A DNA stretch of 24,000 nucleotides, taken from contig JAYGHB010000031.1 in NCBI GenBank assembly GCA_034931985.1, forward strand, positions 22,258 to 46,257. Reading direction: 5' to 3'. The DNA is from Halotia wernerae UHCC 0503 (GTDB taxonomy: Bacteria; Cyanobacteriota; Cyanobacteriia; Cyanobacteriales; Nostocaceae). The position numbers were made by a program, and so were the translations under genes. The notes below the pieces were generated by a model. The model saw only the letters and a list, made by a program, of their open reading frames with translations. It ran no database searches and had not been told where the DNA came from. Positions 1-6,930 of the stretch are shown piece by piece (position 1 is the first letter of the stretch; each line of letters starts with the position of its first letter).

Positions 1-542
1 TCGGATTAGCAAACAGCGACATTGTTGCCAATGCAGTCGCAGGTAATGGCGGTAACATCGACGTTACCACCCAAGGCATATTCGGGCTAAAATACCGCGA
101 CCAGCTAACCCCTAAAAGTGACATCACCGCTAGTTCCCAATTTGGAGTGAACGGTACGGTAGATATTAACAATTTTGGAATTGACCCCAATTCCGGCTTA
201 GTCGAATTACCAGCAAATATCACTGATTCATCACAACAAATTGCTACAGGATGTTCTGAAAACCAAGATAGTCGATTTGTGGCAACCGGACGGGGTGGTG
301 TGCCGCAGAATCCGACGCAGGACGTGAGGAGCGATCGCACTTGGTCTGATACCCGTGATATCTCTGCATACCGCAAAACTGGCCCAGCCACGGCACAAAT
401 ACCCCAATCTCCAGAGGTTCTTGTCCAAGCCACAGGTTGGCATCGCAATGCACAGGGCAAAATTGAATTGGTCGCCGCAGATAAATCTTCTACCCATCAG
501 ATGCAGCCAGCATTAACCTGTGCTGCTGTTAAAAGAAGTTAA
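1..542 (+). CDS. 3' end of a large beta-helical exoprotein (filamentous-haemagglutinin/TpsA-like); the 5' end lies left of the window
   Basis: Frame 3 is open from base 3 (GLANSDIVANAVAGNGGNIDVTTQGIFGL...SDITASSQFGVNGTVDINNFGIDPN...ATGRGGVPQNP) to the TAA at 540-542. The Gly/Asn-rich GNGGNI and GVNGTVDI motifs are typical of the C-terminal part of cyanobacterial FhaB-like proteins. The GTG at 147 in the ORF track is internal. Confidence 0.55.
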   Translation, partial: GLANSDIVANAVAGNGGNIDVTTQGIFGLKYRDQLTPKSDITASSQFGVNGTVDINNFGIDPNSGLVELPANITDSSQQIATGCSENQDSRFVATGRGGVPQNPTQDVRSDRTWSDTRDISAYRKTGPATAQIPQSPEVLVQATGWHRNAQGKIELVAADKSSTHQMQPALTCAAVKRS

Positions 543-546
543 TTTT

Positions 547-1758
547 TTAGGACTTATTGGCAATATCTTTGATGAGTTGAACGTGCTGTGGTAGTAAGTT
601 AGCTAAAGCGTAACGCTCTAATACAGTTTTCCGAGCATTGGCGCGAATTTCTGCCATATGTGTCGGATGATTCAGTACTTCATTAATTCGATCTGCAATC
701 TTTCGCGGCGAGAAGAAATCAACTAGTAGACCGTTTTTTCCATCTTGAATGACTTCAGTTACAGGTGCAGTATCAGAACCAAGCACCAAACATCCTGTAG
801 ACATAACCTCAATCATTGACCAAGAAAGTACAAATGGTCTGGTTAAATAAACATGTACCGATGATGCTTGAATTACTTGCAAATACTGCCCATAAGGCAA
901 AGAGCCAGTGAAGTGAACCCGTGATAAATCAAGCGGGACTTTTTTCAACATCAAGTCTTTGTAGGTAAGACCGTTTGGTAAAGATTTCCCGTAACAAACT
1001 CTATCTGACCCCACAATCACTACATGGCAATTTGGTCTGCGCTCCTGTACATAAGCAATGGTTTCGATAAACTGGGGAAAACCACGGTAAGGCTCCATCC
1101 CCCGTGCTACATAAGTCACAATTTCATCGACACCAGATAAATCCAGATTGGGCAATACTAATTTAGCTCCTGGATTCGGTTTAAAGTATTCTGTATCCAC
1201 TCCATCATGTAACACGGAAATTTTTTGATGAAATTCTGGGGGAAATTGCGCTTTTTGCCAATTAGTCGGCGATAAACCGCGATCGCAGGTGTATAAATCA
1301 ATTAGTATAGGTGCATTTTTTGTCCTGATCCGGGCTATATCATCAACATTTAGCGGGTCTGTGGGATCAAAATCTGCGTCTGAACCGAGAGCATGATAAA
1401 ACCATTCAAAATAACAAATCAGCGGTGTCTCTGGAAATACATCCTTGACAAATAAAGTTGACCCCCAACCAGAATGACCACAAATTACATCAGGTATAAA
1501 GCCTTTTGTTTTAAGTTGTTCAGCCAGTTTAAATGCAGCTTGTCCATGTAAGACTGCATGTTCTAATGGTCGAACATAATGATGGGTTGTAGGATGAGGA
1601 TTCCGGCTAGGTTCAAAAATGACTTTATATACGCCTGGTAAATTCACATCTTGATTTTTAGTGCCAAAAACTACCTGATTATTCGGATCTTGAGCCAAAG
1701 CCAGGGCGACATGGCGATACTGAGCCGGAAAATTAGAATGAAGAAAGAGAACACGCAT
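547..1758 (-). CDS. Glycosyltransferase, GT-B fold, family 4-like
   Basis: 403-aa ORF starting at an ATG. The N-terminus MRVLFLHSNFPAQYRH and the C-terminal SMIEVMSTGCLVLGSDTAPVTEVIQDGKNGLLVDF (EX7E-like region) are typical of GT4/group 1 glycosyltransferases. Confidence 0.8.
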   Translation of the reverse strand: MRVLFLHSNFPAQYRHVALALAQDPNNQVVFGTKNQDVNLPGVYKVIFEPSRNPHPTTHHYVRPLEHAVLHGQAAFKLAEQLKTKGFIPDVICGHSGWGSTLFVKDVFPETPLICYFEWFYHALGSDADFDPTDPLNVDDIARIRTKNAPILIDLYTCDRGLSPTNWQKAQFPPEFHQKISVLHDGVDTEYFKPNPGAKLVLPNLDLSGVDEIVTYVARGMEPYRGFPQFIETIAYVQERRPNCHVVIVGSDRVCYGKSLPNGLTYKDLMLKKVPLDLSRVHFTGSLPYGQYLQVIQASSVHVYLTRPFVLSWSMIEVMSTGCLVLGSDTAPVTEVIQDGKNGLLVDFFSPRKIADRINEVLNHPTHMAEIRANARKTVLERYALANLLPQHVQLIKDIANKS

Positions 1759-1795
1759 TTTAGGTTTCTACTACCTCACACACCAAAGAGCTTAA
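1706..1795. repeat. Copy A of a 90-bp direct repeat that duplicates the murG-3'/glycosyltransferase-5' junction
   Basis: Aligns without gaps to 2499-2588 with 80/90 identical positions (hand count). It contains the real GT start (ATG at 1758-1756, minus strand) preceded by a dead 12-codon murG tail (LSSLVCEVVET*). Confidence 0.9.
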
Positions 1796-2133
1796 TACAT
1801 ACCCAAATTTTGCATAATCATTTGAATATTTGCTTTCAAATCTGATAAATCACGCTCAACTATTTCTCAAACATCATCATAATCGACGCGTACATAGTCG
1901 TGAATTAATACATCTCTAAATCCAGCTATCCGCTTCCATTGCACATTATGATACCTTTGTCTTAAATCCTGAGATATTCTTTTAGCTGCTTCGCCAATAA
2001 TCTCAAAATTTCTGACCACAGCATCCTGAACCATCTTTGTTTGGATAAAAGTCTCTTTACCATCGCGGGTGTATTCTTCTATTCTCTCAATACATTCCGC
2101 AATATCCAGTAAATAACGCCTTTCATCTCTCAT
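1792..2133 (-). pseudogene. hepT: HepT (DUF86/HEPN) toxin interrupted by an in-frame TGA at 1867-1869; the track ORF is 1867-2133
   Basis: The RX4HXY HEPN motif is present (RDVLIHDY). The ORF stops after ...VRVDYDDV. The same frame continues EIVERDLSDLKANIQMIMQNLGMY to the TAA at 1792-1794, giving 113 codons, the usual HepT length. The TGA sits where DUF86 proteins usually have Trp (..VW..). There is a 4-nt ATGA overlap with the upstream MNT gene. Confidence 0.65.
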
Positions 2134-2420
2134 AGTGCTACAGCTTCACTTAACACTCTTTCTCTAATTAATTTATGTAAATTATTAAGCTTTGCTACAT
2201 CAACTTTACGGTTTAGTAACTCTTCCAAATCTTGCATTAAAGCAATACGGTCTAACAAATTACGTCCCGGCTCAAGTTCTACCAAAAAATCTACATCACT
2301 ATCGGGTCTTGCTTCTCCTCTAGCAACTGAACCAAATACCCGCACATTATACGCCCCATATTTAGCGGCAATTTTTAATATCTCTTCGCGAAATGGTAGT
2401 AATAATTCCTTAATTCCCAT
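2130..2420 (-). CDS. mntA: MntA-type nucleotidyltransferase antitoxin (MNT domain)
   Basis: 96 aa containing the [18 protein letters not shown] motif (GSxxRGx...DxD of the pol-beta-like nucleotidyltransferase fold). Its stop overlaps the HepT start (ATGA at 2133-2130). Confidence 0.85.
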   Translation of the reverse strand: MGIKELLLPFREEILKIAAKYGAYNVRVFGSVARGEARPDSDVDFLVELEPGRNLLDRIALMQDLEELLNRKVDVAKLNNLHKLIRERVLSEAVAL

Positions 2421-2470
2421 AACCTAACCCCTGAAGATTGCGGCGAATTTCTACCTCTAGTCTCGCACTC

Positions 2471-2551
2471 TCAATAAAAAACGTTAATTCGTTTCATAGC
2501 GACACGGCGATATTGAGCCGGAAAATTAGTATGAAGGAAGAGAACGCGCAT
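2471..2551 (-). pseudogene. Dead 26-codon stub of the glycosyltransferase 5' end, inside repeat copy B
   Basis: ATG at 2551-2549, one base after the murG TAA (TAAAATG). It reads MRVLFLHTNFPAQYRRVAMKRINVFY*. The first 18 residues match the real GT N-terminus MRVLFLHSNFPAQYRHVA with 2 substitutions. Confidence 0.6.
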
Positions 2552-2588
2552 TTTAGCTTTCCACTACCTCACGCACCAAAGAGGCTAA
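2499..2588. repeat. Copy B of the 90-bp direct repeat (see 1706-1795)
   Basis: 80/90 identical to copy A, same orientation, offset 793 bp. It contains the real murG 3' end and stop (2553-2555). Confidence 0.9.
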
Positions 2589-3629
2589 CTTTTCAGCACT
2601 ATCAGGAACAGCGATCGCTTTGGCATTTTCCCCCATTTTGGTTAACTCTGCTGGTGATTGCAATAAATCCAACACTTGGCTTTGCAACTTCTGGGTTGTT
2701 AACTCCGATTGCTTAAAGATCAATGCTGCACCAGCTTTTGTAAATACCTCCGCATTGTAAGACTGATGATCTTCGGCAGCAAAGGGATAAGGAATCAAAA
2801 TTGCTGGCACACCACATACTGCTAATTCTGTCAAGCTACCAGCACCAGAACGACTAATCGCTATAGCAGATCGTCGCAACAGCGCTGCCATATTATCGTA
2901 AAAAGGCAACTCTAGATATTGTGGGTGTTTGAGATTACCTGCATCAGGATCGCGATCGCCTGTTAAATGTACTATATAAGCACCCGCATTAAACCAAGCT
3001 TGAGCCGATTGACGCACCAACTGATTGATAGCAACTGCACCCTGACTACCACCAAAAACGACAATTAAAGGAACGCCATCAGGAATAGCTAAATCCAGCG
3101 ATGCATCGCTGACTTGATCCAAAAATTGTGACCTCACCGGAGTACCCACACAGACATTTTTGGCACGGGGTAAATATTTAGCAGCTTCTGCAAATCCTAG
3201 CGCCATCGCTGTACACCAAGGCCCAAAGAAGCGAGTGACTTTCCCAGGCAAGGCATTAGATTCGTGGAAAACTACAGGTAAGCCGAGAGAACGTGCCGCA
3301 ATGACTGCTGGCCCAGCAATATAGCCACCCGTGGTAAATACTCCTTGAAAATTTCCCTGTTGCAGGATTCGTCTAACTTCTATAATCGAACCAGCGAGTT
3401 TACCCAAGACCCGTAGAGAGGCAAATCCGAATCCTTGCTGAAACCCTTCAACTGCAATAGTATTCAAGGGATAGTGCTTAGGGACAAGTTGAGTTTCTAG
3501 GCGATTGGGTACACCTAGCCATTCAATTTCATAGTCTGGCAGTTTTTGCGCCAGTGCGATCGCCGGAAACAAGTGTCCACCAGTACCACTGGCAGCTATG
3601 AGTAATTTTATCGGTGCGTTTGCCATCAA
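2553..3629 (-). CDS. murG: UDP-N-acetylglucosamine--N-acetylmuramyl-(pentapeptide)-pyrophosphoryl-undecaprenol N-acetylglucosamine transferase
   Basis: 358 aa. The N-terminal LLIAASGTGGHLFPAIALA G-loop, the central GGSQGA and the length and architecture all fit MurG. Confidence 0.9.
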   Translation of the reverse strand: MMANAPIKLLIAASGTGGHLFPAIALAQKLPDYEIEWLGVPNRLETQLVPKHYPLNTIAVEGFQQGFGFASLRVLGKLAGSIIEVRRILQQGNFQGVFTTGGYIAGPAVIAARSLGLPVVFHESNALPGKVTRFFGPWCTAMALGFAEAAKYLPRAKNVCVGTPVRSQFLDQVSDASLDLAIPDGVPLIVVFGGSQGAVAINQLVRQSAQAWFNAGAYIVHLTGDRDPDAGNLKHPQYLELPFYDNMAALLRRSAIAISRSGAGSLTELAVCGVPAILIPYPFAAEDHQSYNAEVFTKAGAALIFKQSELTTQKLQSQVLDLLQSPAELTKMGENAKAIAVPDSAEKLASLVREVVES

Positions 3630-3711
3630 ACCTCTACCGTTTAGCGCCTAGCTTAACTAAGATAAAACAATTTCCTGACCTTCTGTACTCAAATCAGTAA
3701 ACTCTTACCAA

Positions 3712-4521
3712 ATGACTAACATTATTGCCTTATTACCCAAACGCCAACGAAAATTTTCCACTAGCATCTGGCTAATTTTGTCCTTACTGACATTTGGTGT
3801 AACCAGTAATTTGCCACGCTCTCAAGCTGCTACCCCCGATAATGCCCCAGCTGAACTGAAAAACCTGTTGATGCGAATCGATACAGCAGCTACTCAAAGT
3901 AATGTCAAGGGGGTAATGCAATTTTATAGCCCCACCTTTACTAGTGGGGATGGATTAAACCGTCAGACTTTAGAAAAATCCCTAGTGACATTGTGGAAGC
4001 GATATCCACAGTTACGATACAGTACCCAGCTACAATCTTGGAAATCGGAAGGCAACGCCATTATTGCCGAAACGGTAACTAACATCACTGGCTTACCTTC
4101 TGCTAATAGTAATAATGTGGCTCTCAATTCCACAATTAAATCCCGTCAGCGCATCACAGGTGCAAAAATTGTCCGCCAAGACATTTTATCCGAACGCACA
4201 CAACTTACCTCTGGTAAAAAGCCGCCCCAAGTCGATATTAATTTGCCACAGCAGGTAAAAGTAGGACAACAGTATAGCTTTGATGCGATCGTTAAAGAAC
4301 CCCTAGGGGATGATTTTCTGCTGGGAACAGCGCTGGAAGAATCCGTCCAAGCTAGCAAATATCTCAACCCAACATCTGTAGATTTGCAATTACTGACATC
4401 TGGCGGACTGTTTAAAACAGGACGCGCACCCTCTACTCCTGGTAGTCAATGGATTTCTGCGGTGATCCTCCGGGGTGATGGTATGACAATGGTCACTCAG
4501 CGCTTGCAAGTTATGAAATAG
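3712..4521 (+). CDS. Secreted hypothetical protein with an NTF2/SnoaL-like N-terminal half
   Basis: 269 aa. Signal-peptide-like N-terminus (KRQRKFSTSIWLILSLLTFGV...SQA/AT). It is followed by LKNLLMRIDTAATQSNVKGVMQFYSPTFTSGDGL, which resembles NTF2-like folds. I recognise no catalytic motif. Confidence 0.55.
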   Translation: MTNIIALLPKRQRKFSTSIWLILSLLTFGVTSNLPRSQAATPDNAPAELKNLLMRIDTAATQSNVKGVMQFYSPTFTSGDGLNRQTLEKSLVTLWKRYPQLRYSTQLQSWKSEGNAIIAETVTNITGLPSANSNNVALNSTIKSRQRITGAKIVRQDILSERTQLTSGKKPPQVDINLPQQVKVGQQYSFDAIVKEPLGDDFLLGTALEESVQASKYLNPTSVDLQLLTSGGLFKTGRAPSTPGSQWISAVILRGDGMTMVTQRLQVMK

Positions 4522-4673
4522 GGCATGGGGGCATGGTGAGACTGCGCTGCGTTCGCGTATTCTCTTCATCTTCCCCTGCTCCTCTGCTGCCTCAACGAAG
4601 AGATGTCTTAACCAAACGGTAATAAACCCTGCCTCAACGAGTAACTTCACAATTCATTTAGGATTGCTATAAT

Positions 4674-5378
4674 TTACGGTTTTTCTATATCTCCAGAAGC
4701 GATCGCATTTAATTTTTCAGCATCAATTATAATAATCTTACCGCCCCGGCTATAAGCAACTATCGACTTGAGACTTTTAATTAACCGCACGCATTCTTCG
4801 TAAGCAATGCCAATACTCCGAGCCATGCGATAGTAAGATAAGTTGAGTTTTAAACACTCACCTTGTGGGCTTGATTCCGTTCCAGATTCGGCAGCAAAGT
4901 ATTGAATTAATCTAGCAAGACGAACAATAGCTCTTTCAGAAACTAGCCCATGAACTGTTTCATGTAATTGCTGAATCCGAGTGTTAAAAACCATCAGCAT
5001 CTGTAAAGCAATTTCAGGATTATTTTGGATAGCTTTTAATAAAGCATCACGCTCAACAGTGAGAATTTCACAATCAGATTCAGCAGTCACAGTGGCGGGT
5101 GAAATACCGTTACCTAATAGTGCAGGCGCAGCAAAAATTTCCCCAGCAGGTAGTCCACGCAAAATGGTTTCTTTGCCTGTGCTTGCTGTTTTGGTAATTT
5201 GAACCGAACCACTGACTACAGCATATAACTTTGCTGGTAGGCGATCGCCTTCATGTAGAACAATCTCTCCTTTACTGTAGCGTTGCACCTGGGCGTGAGT
5301 TTGCATACTTACTTTGTCTGTGGGTTCTAAACCCGCAAACACAATAATTTTTGAGAGTTGTTCCAGGGATGCCTGCAT
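4674..5378 (-). CDS. Crp/Fnr-family transcriptional regulator (cNMP-binding domain plus C-terminal HTH)
   Basis: 234 aa. A beta-roll region (GEIVLHEGDRLPAKLYAVVSGSVQI...GKETILRGLPAGEIFA) is followed by an HTH-like LSYYRMARSIGIAYEECVRLIKSLK. Confidence 0.8.
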   Translation of the reverse strand: MQASLEQLSKIIVFAGLEPTDKVSMQTHAQVQRYSKGEIVLHEGDRLPAKLYAVVSGSVQITKTASTGKETILRGLPAGEIFAAPALLGNGISPATVTAESDCEILTVERDALLKAIQNNPEIALQMLMVFNTRIQQLHETVHGLVSERAIVRLARLIQYFAAESGTESSPQGECLKLNLSYYRMARSIGIAYEECVRLIKSLKSIVAYSRGGKIIIIDAEKLNAIASGDIEKP

Positions 5379-5523
5379 AATTAACCTGATATAAGCTGCA
5401 TATTAATTCCTCAACGAGTTTTTTATTTTAAATGAGCGAACCTACCGATTAAAAAATGGAATGCAGATTTTGTGGTCAACCAAAGTCCATAATTATCTCA
5501 GCATCTCTCCCACAATTTAGACT

Positions 5524-6354
5524 ATGGATCTGCCTAAATCCAGCTTAGAGGACATTGAAATACAGTTGCTCTTGGAAGGGGTTTACCAATACTACGGTTA
5601 TGACTTCCGCAATTATGCTCTCTCTTCACTCAAGCGCCGCGTTCAGAGCTTTATGCGGTTGGAGGGATTAGCCAATATTTCTACATTGCAAGAGCGACTG
5701 CTGCATAATCGCCCCTGTCTAGATCGGTTTTTGCTGAATCTAACAGTGAATGTAACATCAATGTTTCGTGACCCCAGCTTTTATCTTGCTTTTAGACAGC
5801 AGGTAATTCCCTTATTGCGAACCTATCCTTTTATTCGCATCTGGCACGCTGGATGCTCGACGGGGGAAGAAGTTTACTCAATGGCAATATTACTCCAAGA
5901 AGAAAAACTTTACCACCGTTGTCGAATTTATGCCACCGACACTAACGAAAGGGTGTTACAAAATGCCAAAAATGGCATTTTTTCTTTAAGACTAATGCAA
6001 GAATATACTCAGCTTTACCTGAGAGCAGGTGGTCAAAAGTCTTTTTCGGAATATTACACCGCAGCTTATGACAACGCCATTTTTCGAGCATCTCTAAGGG
6101 AAAACGTGATCTTTGCCCAGCATAATCTGGCAACTGATAGTTCTTTTAATGAGTTTAATGTCATCCTTTGTCGTAATGTCCTCATCTACTTTAATCAAAT
6201 ACTGCAAAAGCGGGTACACACGCTGTTCTATAACAGTCTATGCACATTTGGTATCTTGGGTTTAGGAAGACAAGAATCGATCAGATTTACCCCTTGTGAA
6301 AACTATTATGAAGAGATAGCTCAGGGTGAGAAACTGTACCGGAGGCTCAACTAG
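5524..6354 (+). CDS. cheR: CheR-type protein-glutamate O-methyltransferase
   Basis: 276 aa. Contains FRDPSFY and the SAM-binding IRIWHAGCSTGEEVYSMAILL, then VILCRNVLIYF, all typical of CheR. Confidence 0.85.
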   Translation: MDLPKSSLEDIEIQLLLEGVYQYYGYDFRNYALSSLKRRVQSFMRLEGLANISTLQERLLHNRPCLDRFLLNLTVNVTSMFRDPSFYLAFRQQVIPLLRTYPFIRIWHAGCSTGEEVYSMAILLQEEKLYHRCRIYATDTNERVLQNAKNGIFSLRLMQEYTQLYLRAGGQKSFSEYYTAAYDNAIFRASLRENVIFAQHNLATDSSFNEFNVILCRNVLIYFNQILQKRVHTLFYNSLCTFGILGLGRQESIRFTPCENYYEEIAQGEKLYRRLN

Positions 6355-6926
6355 TGTCCTTTAAAATTATAGTTATTGGAACTTCGTTAGGAGGGTTATC
6401 AGCCCTAAAAAATATCTTAATCAATTTACCACCAGACTTTCTCACACCAATAGCGATCGTGCAACATCGTCACAAAGATTCTGACAAAACACTCCAAGAA
6501 TTATTGCAAGAACACACCTTTTTGCCTGTCCGGGAGGTCGAAGATAAACAAGAAATTCTCCCAGGACAAATCTACTTAGCGCCCCCAGATTATCATTTGC
6601 TAGTAGAACCAGGTTATTTTGCTCTTTCTACTGATGAGCCTGTTTCTTTTGCTCGTCCATCTATTGATGTGCTATTTGAGTCAGCAGCAGACATCTATGC
6701 CGAGCAAGTCATTGGTGTAATATTAACAGGGGCAAATCAAGATGGTAAGCAAGGTCTGAAAAAAGTGCAAGCACGGGGAGGAATTACCATTGTTCAAGAG
6801 CCAACCACAGCTGAAAGTTCAATTATGCCCGAAGCTGCAATTGCTGCTATTACAGTAGACTGGATTGTGTCCCTTTCAGAAATTGCTCCTTTGCTAGTCA
6901 ACCTTTGTGATTCTACACGGAAATGA
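6354..6926 (+). CDS. cheB: CheB-type methylesterase, catalytic domain only (no receiver domain)
   Basis: 190 aa with a GTG start overlapping the cheR TAG (TAGTG at 6352-6356). Catalytic-triad contexts are present: IGTSLGG (Ser), AIVQHRH (His) and RPSIDVLFES (Asp). Confidence 0.85.
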   Translation: MSFKIIVIGTSLGGLSALKNILINLPPDFLTPIAIVQHRHKDSDKTLQELLQEHTFLPVREVEDKQEILPGQIYLAPPDYHLLVEPGYFALSTDEPVSFARPSIDVLFESAADIYAEQVIGVILTGANQDGKQGLKKVQARGGITIVQEPTTAESSIMPEAAIAAITVDWIVSLSEIAPLLVNLCDSTRK

Positions 6927-6930
6927 ACTC

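Noticed and set aside
1796-2498. Calling the TA insert a mobile element (IS, MITE or integron cassette).
   Set aside because: It has no transposase or integrase, no terminal inverted repeats, and no attC-like structure that I can see. The 90-bp flanking duplication is not a transposition-type target duplication. I therefore described it as an insertion of unknown mechanism.
4587-5419. The short motif cctcaacga(g) occurs three times (ctgcctcaacga at 4587 and 4629; cctcaacgagt at 4632 and 5409). The last two sit about 30 nt outside each end of the Crp-family gene, which looks like cassette boundaries.
   Set aside because: Only 11-12 nt match and the flanks share nothing. Dozens of 11-mer coincidences are expected among all position pairs in 24 kb. 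The observation is post hoc, and there is no inverted-repeat or recombinase context.
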